Shown piece after piece: positions 48,867-60,584 of a stretch of DNA of 64,000 nucleotides (positions are counted from its first letter, which is position 1; every line of letters begins with the position of its first letter). Position numbers and translations under genes: made by a program. The DNA lies in contig CAXXVO010000015.1 of NCBI GenBank assembly GCA_963422645.2, positions 32,001 through 96,000 on the forward strand. Reading direction: 5' to 3'. The notes beneath the pieces are model-generated. The model was not told the DNA's origin. It did no database searches and saw only the letters and a list, made by a program, of their open reading frames with translations. The DNA is from Alphaproteobacteria bacterium. GTDB lineage: Bacteria; Pseudomonadota; Alphaproteobacteria; UBA828.

Positions 48867-49859
48867 ATGCTGATCGACCCATTCGAGCGTCACGTCACTT
48901 ACCTGCGGGTCTCGGTCACGGACCGGTGCGACTTCCGCTGCTTCTACTGCATGTCCGAGCACATGAGCTTCCTGCCGAAGGCGGAGCTGCTGACGCTTGA
49001 GGAGCTGGATCGCCTGTGCAGCGCCTTCGTCGGCCTCGGCGTGCGCAAGCTTCGCATCACCGGCGGCGAGCCGCTGGTGCGCAAGGGCGTCATGGGGCTG
49101 TTCGAGAGCCTGGGCCGCCACCTGAAGACCGGCGCGCTCGACGAGCTCACGCTCACCACCAACGGCAGCCAGCTCCCGCGCCATGCGGAAGGTCTCTACG
49201 CGGCCGGCGTGCGTCGGATCAATATCTCCCTCGACACCCGCGATCCCGCAAAATTCGCAGAGATCACCCGTTGGGGCCGGCTCGACCAGGTGTTGGAAGG
49301 GATCGAGGCGGCGCGCGCGGCGGGGCTCAAGGTCAAGATCAACACCGTGGCCCTGCGCGGAGTCAACGAGGGCGAGATCGAGGACCTGATCGAGTGGTGC
49401 GCAACCGACGGCCACGACATCACCTTCATCGAGACGATGCCGCTCGGTGACATCGACGGCGACCGCACCGAGCACTACCTGCCGCTCTCGCTCGTCCGCG
49501 CGCGGCTGCGCAAGCGCTGGACCCTGGACGAGAGCGACCACCGCACCGGCGGGCCGGCGCGCTACGTCACGGTGCGCGAGACCGGCCAGCGGATCGGCTT
49601 CATCACGCCGCTCACCCACAACTTCTGCGAATCCTGCAACCGGGTCCGGCTCACCTGCACCGGCACGCTCTACATGTGCCTGGGCCAGGAGGACGCGGCC
49701 GACCTGCGCACGCCGCTCCGGCGAAGCGAGAGCGACGAGGCGCTGGTCGCAGCGATCCACGAGGCGATCGGGCGCAAGCCCAAGGGCCACGACTTCATCA
49801 TCGACCGCCGCCACACGCGCCCGGCGGTCGGCCGCCACATGAGCGTGACCGGCGGCTGA
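48867..49859 (+). CDS. moaA: GTP 3',8-cyclase
   Basis: [27 protein letters not shown], terminal GG. Confidence 0.97.
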   Translation: MLIDPFERHVTYLRVSVTDRCDFRCFYCMSEHMSFLPKAELLTLEELDRLCSAFVGLGVRKLRITGGEPLVRKGVMGLFESLGRHLKTGALDELTLTTNGSQLPRHAEGLYAAGVRRINISLDTRDPAKFAEITRWGRLDQVLEGIEAARAAGLKVKINTVALRGVNEGEIEDLIEWCATDGHDITFIETMPLGDIDGDRTEHYLPLSLVRARLRKRWTLDESDHRTGGPARYVTVRETGQRIGFITPLTHNFCESCNRVRLTCTGTLYMCLGQEDAADLRTPLRRSESDEALVAAIHEAIGRKPKGHDFIIDRRHTRPAVGRHMSVTGG

Positions 49860-49914
49860 CCCGCCGCTCAGACAGCGTCCCGCGCCGCGTCGGCGCAGCC
49901 CATCGGGAGACCCC

Positions 49915-50682
49915 ATGCGTTATCGGAGGATCGCCGCCGTCGCGTCGACCGCCGCCGATGCCCAGGCGGCACTCGCCGAGGTTGCCGAACGCTATCCTTT
50001 GACCGAGCCAGCCGACGCCGACGTCATCGTCGCGCTCGGGGGCGACGGCTTCATGTTGGAGACCCAGCACCACCTGCTGCGCCAAGGCAAGCCCATCTAC
50101 GGCATGAGCCGGGGCACCGTCGGCTTCCTGATGAACGAATTCTCCCTCGACGACCTGCCCACGCGGCTGGAGCAGGCCCACAGCACGGTCCTGCACCCGC
50201 TCAGCATGCGAGCCAGGACGATCCACGGCGAGGCGCACGAGGCGCTCGCCATCAACGAGGTCTCGATGCTGCGTGAGACCCGCCAGGCCGCCAAGATCAG
50301 GATCAGTGTGGACGGCGTCGTGCGCGTGCCTGAGCTCATCTGCGACGGCATGATCGTGGCGACGCCCGCCGGCAGTACCGCCTACAACCTCTCGGCCCAC
50401 GGGCCGATCATCCCGCTCGGCGCCAACATCCTCGCGCTCACGCCGATCAGCGCCTTCCGCCCGCGCCGCTGGCGGGGCGCGCTGCTGCTGCACGAGGCCA
50501 CCGTTCGGCTCGAGGTGATCGAGCACGACAAACGCCCGGTCAGCGCGGTCGCCGACTACACCGAGGTGCGGGACGTGGCGTCGGTCGAGGTCGCGGTCGA
50601 TCACGCGACGGCGATCAATTTTCTGTTCGATCCTGAGCATAGCCTCACCGAGCGCATCCTCGCCGAGCAGTTCACCCCCTGA
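49915..50682 (+). CDS. NAD kinase
   Basis: [24 protein letters not shown]. Confidence 0.95.
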   Translation: MRYRRIAAVASTAADAQAALAEVAERYPLTEPADADVIVALGGDGFMLETQHHLLRQGKPIYGMSRGTVGFLMNEFSLDDLPTRLEQAHSTVLHPLSMRARTIHGEAHEALAINEVSMLRETRQAAKIRISVDGVVRVPELICDGMIVATPAGSTAYNLSAHGPIIPLGANILALTPISAFRPRRWRGALLLHEATVRLEVIEHDKRPVSAVADYTEVRDVASVEVAVDHATAINFLFDPEHSLTERILAEQFTP

Positions 50683-50695
50683 AGGGGCGCGATCC

Positions 50696-51790
50696 GTGAA
50701 ACGACCGGGCGCCCTGTTCGTCGACGGATTCCGGGCCGCGCGGCTCCGCGTCGCCGGCTTGCGCTTTGCGCTTTCCATCGGCCTCGGCGCCGTCGGCGGG
50801 GCGGTTTTCTTCGCGCTGGCGTTGCCGCTCCCCTGGATGCTGGGCGCCATGACCCTCGCGACGGGAGCGGCGCTTGCCGGCGCGCCGCTCGCGGTTCCCG
50901 CGCAGGTCCGCAACGCCATGATCGCGATCCTGGGCGTTTTGCTGGGAAGCCAGTTCACCATCGACCTCTTCGCCCGAATCGCGGAGTGGTACGTGGGTCT
51001 CTCGGGCGTGGTGCTCTCCACGGCGTTGGCGGCAGGTCTGGCCTATGTCGTCTTCCGTAAGCTGGGCGGTTACGACCGCGTGTCCGCCTACTTCTCGTCG
51101 ATGCCGGGCGGGCTCAGCGAGATGATGGTGCTGGGCGAGACCATGGGCGGCGACGGTCGCACGATTTCGCTCACCCACGCCACGCGCATCCTGGTCGCCG
51201 TCTTCCTGATCGCCTTCTACTTCCGGCTGGTCGAGGGGGTCGCCCCGCTGGGCCTGCCGGTACCCACCGGCGGGGCGGCGGACTGGATCGACATCCTCGC
51301 GCTCATCGCCTGTGCGCTGATCGGCTATCCGGCGGCGAAGGCGCTACGGGTGCCGGCGGCGCAGCTGGTGGGGCCGATGGTGCTGAGCGCCGCCCTGCAC
51401 TTGAGCGGACTGGTCTCGGCACAGCCGCCGGGCGAGCTGATCGCAGCTGCCCAAGTGGTGCTCGGCGGCGCCATCGGGGCGCGCTTCGTGGGTATGGCGT
51501 TCAGCGAGCTCCGGCGGATCATGCTGCTGGCCGCCCTGGTGGCGGTGATGATGGTACTGGTCACCGCCGGCGCCGCTTACGGCCTTGCCGCCGTCGCGGG
51601 CCAATCGGGCCCGACCCTGTTCCTCGCCTTCGCCCCCGGCGGGCTTGCCGAGATGAGCCTGATCGCGCTCACGATGGGGAGCGCCGCCGCCTTCGTCTCG
51701 ACCCACCACATCGCGCGGATCATACTGATCGTGATCGTGGCTCCCTTGATATTTCGTCTCGCCCAGGCGCGCCGACGCTCGCTAAGTTAG
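50696..51790 (+). CDS. AbrB-family membrane protein
   Basis: LPLPWMLG, duplicated PGGLxEM motif. Confidence 0.88.
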   Translation: MKRPGALFVDGFRAARLRVAGLRFALSIGLGAVGGAVFFALALPLPWMLGAMTLATGAALAGAPLAVPAQVRNAMIAILGVLLGSQFTIDLFARIAEWYVGLSGVVLSTALAAGLAYVVFRKLGGYDRVSAYFSSMPGGLSEMMVLGETMGGDGRTISLTHATRILVAVFLIAFYFRLVEGVAPLGLPVPTGGAADWIDILALIACALIGYPAAKALRVPAAQLVGPMVLSAALHLSGLVSAQPPGELIAAAQVVLGGAIGARFVGMAFSELRRIMLLAALVAVMMVLVTAGAAYGLAAVAGQSGPTLFLAFAPGGLAEMSLIALTMGSAAAFVSTHHIARIILIVIVAPLIFRLAQARRRSLS

Positions 51791-51797
51791 GCCGGTC

Positions 51798-52937
51798 ATG
51801 GATTTCAACCTTTCTGAGGAGCAAGAGGCGTTCCGCGAGCTCGCGCAGAGCTTTGCCGAGAACGAGCTCGCCCCTCACGCGGCCCAGTGGGACCGGGACT
51901 GCACCTTTCCGGTGGAGACCCTGCGCAAGGCCGCGGCGCTCGGCTTCGGCGGCATCTACGTGGGCGACGATGTCGGCGGGTCGAACCTTACGCGGCTCGA
52001 TGCCGCGCTGATCTTCGAGGGGGTGGCGCGGGGCTGCGCCTCGACCGCAGCCTATATCTCGATCCACAACATGGCGTCCTGGATGATCGACCGCTTCGGC
52101 GGCGAAGCTCAGCGCAGGCGCTTCCTGCCGCGTCTCGCAAGCATGGAGCACTTCGCGAGCTACTGCTTGACCGAGCCGGGTTCGGGCTCCGACGCCGCCT
52201 CGCTCAAGACCAGTGCCCGCCGCGACGGCGATGACTACGTGCTCAACGGCACCAAGGCGTTCATCTCCGGCGGCGGCTTAGCGGATGTCTACGTCTGCAT
52301 GGTGCGCACCGGCGGGCCCGGCCCAGACGGCATTTCCTGCATTGCGGTGGAGCGGGATGCGCCCGGACTCAACTTCGGCGCCCAGGAGAAGAAGCTCGGC
52401 TGGCACAGCCAACCGACGGCGATGGTGATCTTCGAGGACTGCCGCGTGCTGGCCGAAAACCTCATCGGCGCGGAGGGCCAGGGCTTCAAGATCGCCATGG
52501 CAGGCCTCGACGGCGGGCGCATCAACATCGGGGCCTGTTCGATCGGCGCGGCCCAGGCAAGCCTGGAGATCGCCCGCGATCATCTGCTCCAGCGCGAGCA
52601 ATTCGGCCGCAAGCTCGCCGATTTCCAGGCGCTCCAGTTCAAACTCGCCGACATGGCGACGAACCTGGAGGCCGCCCGCCTGATGATCCACCGCGCGGCG
52701 GCCGCGCTCGACGCGCGCGAGGACGGCGCCACCGCCACCATCGCCATGGCCAAGCGCCTCGCCACCGATACCGGCTTCGAGGTCTGCAACCAGGCGCTCC
52801 AGCTGCTTGGCGGCTACGGCTATCTGATGGATTTCCCGGTGGAGCGCCACCTGCGGGACCTGCGCGTTCATCAGATCCTCGAAGGCACCAACGAGATCAT
52901 GCGCCTCATCATCGCCCGCCGCCTGCTAGCCGAGTGA
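51798..52937 (+). CDS. Acyl-CoA dehydrogenase (isobutyryl-CoA type)
   Basis: [30 protein letters not shown]. Confidence 0.93.
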   Translation: MDFNLSEEQEAFRELAQSFAENELAPHAAQWDRDCTFPVETLRKAAALGFGGIYVGDDVGGSNLTRLDAALIFEGVARGCASTAAYISIHNMASWMIDRFGGEAQRRRFLPRLASMEHFASYCLTEPGSGSDAASLKTSARRDGDDYVLNGTKAFISGGGLADVYVCMVRTGGPGPDGISCIAVERDAPGLNFGAQEKKLGWHSQPTAMVIFEDCRVLAENLIGAEGQGFKIAMAGLDGGRINIGACSIGAAQASLEIARDHLLQREQFGRKLADFQALQFKLADMATNLEAARLMIHRAAAALDAREDGATATIAMAKRLATDTGFEVCNQALQLLGGYGYLMDFPVERHLRDLRVHQILEGTNEIMRLIIARRLLAE

Positions 52938-53008
52938 AGCGGCACGGCTATTCCCCCATCGGGGCGTAGTCCTTAGGATGCCCGGCAATCGAGCGGGGCG
53001 GAGCGACC

Positions 53009-54076
53009 GTGAGCGACGAGATCATCTTGGAACGCAAGGGCCGGGTCGGCAGCGTCACGCTGAACCGGCCGAAGGCGCTCAACGCGCTGACCCAACCCAT
53101 GGTCCTGGACCTGGACGCGAGGCTGAAGGAATGGGCGGAGGACGCGTCCATCTCCGCCGTGGTCGTGCGCGGCGCGGCGCGGGACGACGGGCGCGTGCCC
53201 TTCTGCGCCGGCGGTGATATCCGCCTTCTCTACGGCGAGCAGGACGATCCCGAGCGCCACTTCGCCACCGTCTTCTATGCCCAGGAATACCGCCTCAACA
53301 CCTTCGTCTTCCGATACCCCAAGCCCTATGTCGCGTTGATAGACGGCGTCGTCATGGGCGGTGGCGTCGGACTCTCGATCCATGGCTCGCACCGCGTGAT
53401 GACCGAGCGCGCGCTCTTCGCCATGCCGGAGACGGGGATCGGACTCTTCCCCGATGTCGGCGCCACGTACTTTCTGCCCAGGCTCACGGGCAAGGCCGGG
53501 CTCTATCTCGGCCTCACGGGCGCGCGCATCGGCGCCGCCGACTCGCTCTATCTCGGGCTTGCCAGCCACGTTGTGGCGAGCGACGCGCTGCAGGCGCTGG
53601 ACGAGACCCTGCTGGCGATGGACCTCGGCGGCGACGCGCACGCGGCGATCGACCGGCTGCTTGCGGAGAGCGCCGCAGACCTCGGCCCGGCTCCTCTCGC
53701 CGCTCACCAGGCGGCGATCGACCGCTGCTTCGATGCTGGCTCCTTGGAGGAGATCGTCTCCAACCTCGAGGCCGAGGGCTCGGACTGGGCGGCGGAGACT
53801 CTCGCGACGCTCGCCCAAAAATCGCCGACCAGCCTCAAGGTCACTTACAAGCAGCTCACAGAGTACGGCGAGCGGGACTTCGAGGAGGCCATGGCGCTGG
53901 AGTACCGGCTCGCCATGCACTGCAACCTGGGGGTCGATTTCTTCGAGGGCATCCGCGCCCAGATCGTCGACAAGGACCGCAACCCGGCCTGGCGCCCGGC
54001 GCGGCTGGAGGATGTGACGGCGGCGGCGGTCGATGCCTACTTCAAGGAGCCGCCCAAGGGCGATATGACGTGGTGA
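53009..54076 (+). CDS. 3-hydroxyisobutyryl-CoA hydrolase-like crotonase
   Basis: FCAGGDI, MGGGVGLS, MPETGIGLFPDVG, EGIRAQIVDKD. Confidence 0.92.
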   Translation: MSDEIILERKGRVGSVTLNRPKALNALTQPMVLDLDARLKEWAEDASISAVVVRGAARDDGRVPFCAGGDIRLLYGEQDDPERHFATVFYAQEYRLNTFVFRYPKPYVALIDGVVMGGGVGLSIHGSHRVMTERALFAMPETGIGLFPDVGATYFLPRLTGKAGLYLGLTGARIGAADSLYLGLASHVVASDALQALDETLLAMDLGGDAHAAIDRLLAESAADLGPAPLAAHQAAIDRCFDAGSLEEIVSNLEAEGSDWAAETLATLAQKSPTSLKVTYKQLTEYGERDFEEAMALEYRLAMHCNLGVDFFEGIRAQIVDKDRNPAWRPARLEDVTAAAVDAYFKEPPKGDMTW

Positions 54077-54129
54077 CGGGCCGAAAGCGGTGCGGCTGAC
54101 GGCAAGCGACAGGCGAGGGAGATTCCGAC

Positions 54130-55020
54130 ATGGCTGACATCGGGTTCATCGGGCTCGGCAACATGGGAGGGCCGATGGCCGCCAATCTGGCGAAGGCCGG
54201 CCACGCCGTCACCGCCTTCGACATCAGCGCGGAGGCGATAGAGAGCGCGCGCGAGGCGGGCGCCTCAACGGCAGACACGGTGGCAGAGACGGCGGCCGGG
54301 CGCGAGGTGGTCGTCACCATGCTGCCCGCCGGCGCGGAGGTGTCCGAGGTCTATCGCGGCGAGGGCGGAGTCCTCTCGGCCGCTGCGCCGGGCACGCTCC
54401 TCATCGACTGCTCGACCATCGACGTCGATACCGCCCGCGCGGTCGCGGCGACGGCGGCGGAGGGCGGCTGGCCGTTGCTGGATGCGCCGGTCTCGGGCGG
54501 TGTCGCCGGTGCGGCGGCGGGCACCCTCACCTTCATGGTGGGCGGCGAGGCCGAGGCGGTCGAGCGCGGGCGGACAGTGCTGGGCGACATGGGCAAGGCC
54601 GTGATCCACGCCGGCGCCTCGGGCGCGGGCCAGACCGCGAAAGTGTGCAACAACCTGATCCTCGCGGTCTCGATGATCGGGGTCTGCGAAGCCTTCGGGA
54701 TGGCCGACCGGCTCGGGCTCGAGCGTCAAACCCTCTTCGATATCGTCTCGAAGGCGACGGGCCAGTGCTGGGCGCTCACCTCCTACTGCCCGGTGCCGGG
54801 GCCGGTGCCGAACGCGCCGTCCAACCGCGACTACGCGCCTGGGTTCACCGCCGCCATGATGCTGAAGGACCTGCGCTTGGCCCAGGCTGCTGCGGCCTCG
54901 GCCGGTGCGGCCTCGCCGCTCGGCGCGGAGGCTGCGGCGCTCTACACGCTCTTCTGCAACGCCGGCTTCGGAGCGGACGATTTTTCCGGCATCATGAAGA
55001 TGATCGGTCAGGGAGACTGA
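54130..55020 (+). CDS. mmsB: 3-hydroxyisobutyrate dehydrogenase
   Basis: GFIGLGNMGGPMA, DAPVSGG, KVCNN, YCPVPG. Confidence 0.94.
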   Translation: MADIGFIGLGNMGGPMAANLAKAGHAVTAFDISAEAIESAREAGASTADTVAETAAGREVVVTMLPAGAEVSEVYRGEGGVLSAAAPGTLLIDCSTIDVDTARAVAATAAEGGWPLLDAPVSGGVAGAAAGTLTFMVGGEAEAVERGRTVLGDMGKAVIHAGASGAGQTAKVCNNLILAVSMIGVCEAFGMADRLGLERQTLFDIVSKATGQCWALTSYCPVPGPVPNAPSNRDYAPGFTAAMMLKDLRLAQAAAASAGAASPLGAEAAALYTLFCNAGFGADDFSGIMKMIGQGD

Positions 55021-55038
55021 CGCTCCCCGCAGCGCACC

Positions 55039-55875
55039 CTACAGAATTTCCAAGGGCGCCCCGCCCTCGGATGGTGGGAAGTCCTTGTCCAGGGCCGCAA
55101 GCTCGTCATCGCTGAGCACGATGTCGAGCGCACCCAGGTTGGCATCGACGTGGGCGATGCGGCTCGCCTTGGGCACGACGAACACGTCCTCGTGGCGGAG
55201 CACCCAGGCGAGCGCCACCTGCATCGTCGTCACGCCGCGGGCGGCGGCGATGGCGCCGAGCGCACCGCCCGCCGGCAGCCTGCCCTGCTCCAGCGGCGAA
55301 TAGATCATGAGCGGCTGCCCGTTGCGCCGGGACCACGGCATCAGCGATGCCTCGGGCCAGCGCCGCGTCAGGTTGTAGAGGATCTGGTTGGTCTGGCAGC
55401 CCTGGCCCTCCGGGGTCTCCCACAGCTCTTCCATGTCGTCGGTGTCGAAGTTGCTGACCCCGAAGCGGCGGATCTTGCCGGCCTCCTGCAGCGCGAGAAA
55501 GCCTTCGATGGTCTCGTCGAGGGAGACGCCGCTGCGCCAGTGCAACAGGTAGAGGTCGAGATAATCGGTGCCGAGGCACTTCAGGCTCTTCTCGCAGGCA
55601 CGCTTCATGCGCTTGCGCCCGGCGTTCGAGGGCAGGACCTTGCTCACCACGTAGACCTTATCGCGCTGCCCGCGGATCGCCTCGCCCACCACCCGCTCCG
55701 AGCCGCCGGAGCCGTACATCTCCGCCGTGTCGATGAGCGTCATGCCGCAGGCGATGCCGTGCTGGAGCGCCGCCACCTCGTCCTTGCGCGCCCCTCGGCG
55801 TTCACCCATGCGCCACGTGCCCTGACCGAGGGCCGCCACCTCGTCGCCGCCCGGTAGTCTCACCGTCCGCATCAT
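55039..55875 (-). CDS. Aldo/keto reductase
   Basis: LGQGTW, DTAEMYG, LYLLHWR, GVSNF. Confidence 0.93.
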   Translation of the reverse strand: MMRTVRLPGGDEVAALGQGTWRMGERRGARKDEVAALQHGIACGMTLIDTAEMYGSGGSERVVGEAIRGQRDKVYVVSKVLPSNAGRKRMKRACEKSLKCLGTDYLDLYLLHWRSGVSLDETIEGFLALQEAGKIRRFGVSNFDTDDMEELWETPEGQGCQTNQILYNLTRRWPEASLMPWSRRNGQPLMIYSPLEQGRLPAGGALGAIAAARGVTTMQVALAWVLRHEDVFVVPKASRIAHVDANLGALDIVLSDDELAALDKDFPPSEGGAPLEIL

Positions 55876-55975
55876 CGCGCTCTCCCTGCCCGCACGGCCG
55901 CGAACTTAGCACGGGCTTCCGGGGCCGCGCCTGCCGGGTTAGGTTGTGACTCGAACTCGCACCCCGGAGACCGCC

Positions 55976-57997
55976 ATGACAGGCGAGAAGGAAGTCCTCA
56001 AGACCACGTGTCCGCGCGATTGCTACGACGCCTGCGGCATCGTCGCGATCAAGCGCGACGGCGCGATCACCCGCGTGCTTGGCGACCCGGACCACCCGGT
56101 GAGCCGGGGCGCGCTCTGCGGCAAGTGCGCGCTCGCCTACAACGGCGTCTTCCGCGATCCCGAGGTACGGCTGCAGACGCCGCTCAAGCGCACCGGCGCC
56201 AAGGGCGAAGGACGCTTCGAGCCGGTCTCCTGGGACGAGGCCATCGGGGACATCGCCGCGCGCTTCAAGGCGGTCGCAGACGGCGACGGCGCGGACCGGA
56301 TCGTGCACGCGCACTACACCGGCACCTGCTCGCTGATCGCCAACAACTTCCCGATGCGCTTCCTGGGCCGTCTCGGCGCCCGCGAGGTGGAGCCTGACAC
56401 GGTCTGCAACATGGCCGGTCACGTCGCACTCGACTACGTGATCGGCACCTCGGTGATCGGCTTCGACCCGCGTACCGCCAAGGACTCCAACTGCATCGTC
56501 GTTTGGGGCGCCAACCCCTCCGCCTCCGGGCCGCACCAGCACAAGCACTGGCTGAAGGAGGCGCCGGGCACGGTGATCGTGATCGACCCGGTGCGCCACC
56601 CGACCGCCGAGCAGGCCGACATGCACCTGCAGCCCTTCCCCGGCAGCGATGCGGCGCTGGCCTTCGCCATGGTCCACGTGCTGGTCCGCGACGGGCTGAT
56701 CGACCGCGCCTTCCTCGATGCCCACGCACTCGGCTGGGACGAGCTGGAGCCCGCCATCGCCCCCTGCACGCCGGCCTGGGGCGAGGCCCGCACCGGCGTA
56801 CCGGCGGCGCAGATCGAGGAAGCGGCGCGGATCTACGGTGCAGGGCCGGCGCTGCTCTGGCTCGGCCAGGGGCTGCAACGCCAGGCGATGGGCGGCAACG
56901 TGATACGCGCCTGCGCGCTGCTGCCGGCAGTCACCGGCAACTACGGCAAGCCCGGCGCGGGCATGCTCTACCTCAACGGCGGCGGACGCAAAGGCGTCGA
57001 CGGCGACTATTTGAGCGGCGCGGCAATAAGCCAGAGCCCGCCGAGCTTCAGCCAGATGGAGCTCGCGGCGCGGCTCGAAGATCCGGCGGACATCCAGGCC
57101 TTCCTCTGCTGGAACATCAACCCGGCCGCCTCCAGCCCGGAGCAGGCGCGGCTGCGGCGCGCGCTAAAGCGTGAGGACCTCTTCACCGTGGTTTTGGACA
57201 TCTTCCAGACCGACACCGCCGACTATGCCGACTACCTGCTGCCGGCGGCGTCGTTCCTGGAGTTCGACGATCTGGTCTCGGGCTACTTCAACCTCTCATT
57301 CTCCGCCCAGGCCAAGCTGCAGGAGCCGCTGGGCGAGTCCCTCCCCAACCAGGAGATCTTCCGCCGCCTCTCACGCGCCATGGGCTTCGCGGAACCCGAG
57401 CTCTACGAGGACGACGCGACGATCATCGAGCGGATCATGGGTCAGGTGGGTGTCGAGGGCTCCTTCGACGAGTTCAAGAAGACCGGCACGGTTTATCCCA
57501 CCACCCAGCCGATCATCCAGTTCCCCGACCTCGCCTTCCCGACCCCGAGCGGCAAGATCGAGATCGCCTCGGCCCGCGCCGAGGCCGACGGCCACCCCCG
57601 CCTGCCGCTCGCCGACGCCGACCCGAAGCCGGCGAAGGGCCGGCTGCGCCTGCTGACGCCGGCCTCGCCCTGGCTGATGAACGATTCCTACGCCAACGAT
57701 CAGCGCATCGCCGAGCGCATGGGCGAGGCGGCCGTGACTCTGCACCCCGAGGACGCGGCGGCACGCGGCTTGACCGAAGGGCAGCAGGTGCGGCTCAGCA
57801 ACGAGACCGGCAGCCTGGAGCTTGCGCTGGCGGTCGCCGAGACTATCCCGCAAGGTGTCGCGCTCAGCCCCAAGGGCCGCTGGCCGCGCCAGGAGGGCAC
57901 GCGCGCCAACGTCAATGTCCTCAACCCCGGCATCAAGACGGACATGGGCGAGAGCACCAGCGTTCACGGCGTCGAGGTCGAGATCGCCGCCGTCTGA
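55976..57997 (+). CDS. Molybdopterin-dependent oxidoreductase
   Basis: CPRDCYDAC...LCGK Fe-S motif, SWDEA, WGANP, ADYLLPA. Confidence 0.92.
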   Translation: MTGEKEVLKTTCPRDCYDACGIVAIKRDGAITRVLGDPDHPVSRGALCGKCALAYNGVFRDPEVRLQTPLKRTGAKGEGRFEPVSWDEAIGDIAARFKAVADGDGADRIVHAHYTGTCSLIANNFPMRFLGRLGAREVEPDTVCNMAGHVALDYVIGTSVIGFDPRTAKDSNCIVVWGANPSASGPHQHKHWLKEAPGTVIVIDPVRHPTAEQADMHLQPFPGSDAALAFAMVHVLVRDGLIDRAFLDAHALGWDELEPAIAPCTPAWGEARTGVPAAQIEEAARIYGAGPALLWLGQGLQRQAMGGNVIRACALLPAVTGNYGKPGAGMLYLNGGGRKGVDGDYLSGAAISQSPPSFSQMELAARLEDPADIQAFLCWNINPAASSPEQARLRRALKREDLFTVVLDIFQTDTADYADYLLPAASFLEFDDLVSGYFNLSFSAQAKLQEPLGESLPNQEIFRRLSRAMGFAEPELYEDDATIIERIMGQVGVEGSFDEFKKTGTVYPTTQPIIQFPDLAFPTPSGKIEIASARAEADGHPRLPLADADPKPAKGRLRLLTPASPWLMNDSYANDQRIAERMGEAAVTLHPEDAAARGLTEGQQVRLSNETGSLELALAVAETIPQGVALSPKGRWPRQEGTRANVNVLNPGIKTDMGESTSVHGVEVEIAAV

Positions 57998-58099
57998 AGC
58001 CTTGGCGCAACGCAACTGAACCACACCGGTGTTGCCGGCGGCGCACTTCGGTCTAAGCTGTCTCCGCCGCAACACCCCCAAGCCCGAGAGAACACCGCC

Positions 58100-58915
58100 A
58101 TGTCTGGAGCCGTCCACGCGCAGATCAACTACATCCTTCCCACGGACGAGAAGCCGGTTACCTACCTGACCAATCCGGGCAGCAAGCCGGCACAACGCAA
58201 CGCCGAGTACCGCGAGGTCGAGGTCACGATCCGCGACGCCCGGCCGACCGCGAACGCCCTTGATCTGGAGCGCGAGGGCTTCACCTTCAGCACCGAGGGA
58301 AGTGCGGTCTCGGATTTCTACGACAACGACGAGATCGAGGCGGTCTACAGCCCGGAGGTGGAGCGTCTGGTGAAGCAGGCGAGCGGCGCGGCGGAAGTAC
58401 TGGTCTTCGACCACACCATCCGCGTCGCCGACGACTCGCTGCGGAGCGAGCGCAAGGTGCGCGAGCCCGTCCACGTGGCGCACAACGACTACACCCCCCG
58501 CTCGGCACCGCAGCGGGTGCGCGACCTGCTGCCGGCGGACCGCGCCGAGGCGCTTCTGCAGCACCGCTTCGCCGTGGTGCAGATGTGGCGGCCGATTGCG
58601 GGTCCGGTGCAGGACATGCCGCTCGCGATCTGCGACGCCCAGAGCATCGACGAGCGGGACTTCATGCTGACCGATCTGGTCTACACCCACCGCGTTGGCG
58701 AGGTGATGCAGCTCTCCCACAATCCAGGCCATCGCTGGTTCTACTTTCCCGAGATGGCCACCGGTGAGGCGCTGATCTTCAAGACTTTCGATTCGCTCGC
58801 CGATGGCCGGGCGCGCTTCACCGCCCACACGGCCTTCGCCAATCCCAACGCGCCGGCGGACGCGCGCCCGCGCCAGAGCATCGAATCCCGCACCCTCGCC
58901 TTCTTCGCACCCTGA
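58100..58915 (+). CDS. CmcJ/NvfI-family oxidoreductase
   Basis: LEREGF, FDHTIR, HNDYT, PLAICDA, HTAF, RQSIESR. Confidence 0.85.
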   Translation: MSGAVHAQINYILPTDEKPVTYLTNPGSKPAQRNAEYREVEVTIRDARPTANALDLEREGFTFSTEGSAVSDFYDNDEIEAVYSPEVERLVKQASGAAEVLVFDHTIRVADDSLRSERKVREPVHVAHNDYTPRSAPQRVRDLLPADRAEALLQHRFAVVQMWRPIAGPVQDMPLAICDAQSIDERDFMLTDLVYTHRVGEVMQLSHNPGHRWFYFPEMATGEALIFKTFDSLADGRARFTAHTAFANPNAPADARPRQSIESRTLAFFAP

Positions 58916-58959
58916 GGATGGCGCACCCCGAGAGTGGCACACCCCGTGGGTGGCACACC
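58906..58959 (+). repeat. Degenerate 16-bp tandem repeat (about 3.4 units)
   Basis: CGCACCCTGAGGATGG / CGCACCCCGAGAGTGG / CACACCCCGTGGGTGG / CACACC. Confidence 0.65.
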
Positions 58960-58966
58960 GACAGAA

Positions 58967-60448
58967 ATGACGGAGGCGGACAGCACCCTCGCTGACGGCA
59001 GCAACCGGCCGGTCTTCTCGGTCGGTGAGCTCTCGCAGGCGCTTAAGCGCGTGGTCGAGGGCGAGTTCGCCTGGGTCAGCGTGCGGGGCGAGGTCTCCGG
59101 TTTCAAGCGGGCCGCGTCGGGCCACCTCTATTTCTCGCTCAAGGACTCGGACGCGGTGCTCGACGCTGTCTGCTGGCGCGGCGTTGCCGGCAGGCTCGGG
59201 ATCGCGCCGGAGGACGGGCTCGAGGTCGTCGCCACCGGCAAGCTCAGCACCTACCCGGGCCGCTCGCGCTACCAGATCGTGGTCGAGCGGCTGGAGCTGT
59301 CGGGTGCCGGCGCCCTGCTCGCGCTGCTGGAGGCGCGCAAGAAGGCGCTCGCCGAAGAAGGCCTGTTCGACGAGGCGCGCAAGCGCGCGCTGCCCTACCT
59401 GCCGGAGACGGTGGGCGTCGTGACCTCACCCACGGGCGCCGTGATCCGCGACATCCTGCACCGTATCGAAGACCGCTTCCCGCGCCGGGTGCTGGTCTGG
59501 CCGGTCAAGGTCCAAGGCACCGGCGCGGCAGAGGAGGTCGCCGCTGCCATCGCGGGCTTTAGCCGCCTCGACGCGGGCGGGCCGATACTGCGGCCCGATG
59601 TGCTGATCGTCGCGCGCGGCGGCGGCAGCCTGGAGGACCTCTGGGCCTTCAACGAGGAGGTCGTGGTGCGCGCCGCAGCCGCGAGCGAAATCCCGCTGAT
59701 ATCCGCCGTGGGACACGAGACCGACGTGACCCTGATCGACCTCGCCGCGGACCGCCGGGCGCCGACGCCCACCGCCGCCGCCGAGATGGCCGTGCCGGTG
59801 CGCGCCGACCTGCTGGAGCGCACGCAGTCTCTGGAACATCGGCTGGGCGCGTCGCTCCGCCGGCAGATCGCAGAGCGGCGCACGCGGATCGACGGGCTCG
59901 GGCGCGGTCTGCCGGCGGCGCGGGACCGGCTCACGACTGCGGGCCAACGGCTCGACGACTGGTCGGAACGGCTCGCCCGTGGCGCGCGCGGCCGGCTCGC
60001 GGCGGAACGCCAGGCCGTGGACCGGCTCAGGCCGCTCAGGCCGCGCCAGCTCCTCGCGCTCAAGCGCCAGCAGCTCGCACATGCCGCCGGGCGCCTCGTG
60101 GCCGACCGCCCCACCGGGCGCATCGCCCAGGCTCGCCAGGCGAGCGAGATGCTGGCGGAACGGCTCGCCCGCGCCGGTCGGGCGGCGTTGAGCGAGCGGG
60201 CGGCGCGGATCGAGACTGCGGCGCGCCTGCTCGAAGGCTATTCCTACCGGGGCGTGCTCGCGCGCGGCTTCGCGGTGGTGCGCGACCAGCGCGAGCGCCC
60301 GCTCACCAGCGCTGCGACGGTGAAGTCCGGCGCCGTGCTCTCCCTCGAGTTCCAAGACGGCCGCGCCGCCGCCCGCGCCGCCGGCAGACCCAGGCCCCGC
60401 AAGTCTAAGTCAGGGAACGACGAAGGCGGGCAGGCTTCGCTGCTATAG
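58967..60448 (+). CDS. xseA: Exodeoxyribonuclease VII large subunit
   Basis: [42 protein letters not shown]. Confidence 0.96.
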   Translation: MTEADSTLADGSNRPVFSVGELSQALKRVVEGEFAWVSVRGEVSGFKRAASGHLYFSLKDSDAVLDAVCWRGVAGRLGIAPEDGLEVVATGKLSTYPGRSRYQIVVERLELSGAGALLALLEARKKALAEEGLFDEARKRALPYLPETVGVVTSPTGAVIRDILHRIEDRFPRRVLVWPVKVQGTGAAEEVAAAIAGFSRLDAGGPILRPDVLIVARGGGSLEDLWAFNEEVVVRAAAASEIPLISAVGHETDVTLIDLAADRRAPTPTAAAEMAVPVRADLLERTQSLEHRLGASLRRQIAERRTRIDGLGRGLPAARDRLTTAGQRLDDWSERLARGARGRLAAERQAVDRLRPLRPRQLLALKRQQLAHAAGRLVADRPTGRIAQARQASEMLAERLARAGRAALSERAARIETAARLLEGYSYRGVLARGFAVVRDQRERPLTSAATVKSGAVLSLEFQDGRAAARAAGRPRPRKSKSGNDEGGQASLL

Positions 60449-60584
60449 CCCTGGAAAGGCCCCCAACCTCGACACGCCTCCCCACGCAGTCGGATTAGTT
60501 TCGTCGGCTTGGGGAGTGCGTGGACACGCGGGGATCAAACATCGGCCAGGGTGTCCAAGTATGCACGTTCGGTCCGTCAAGGTC

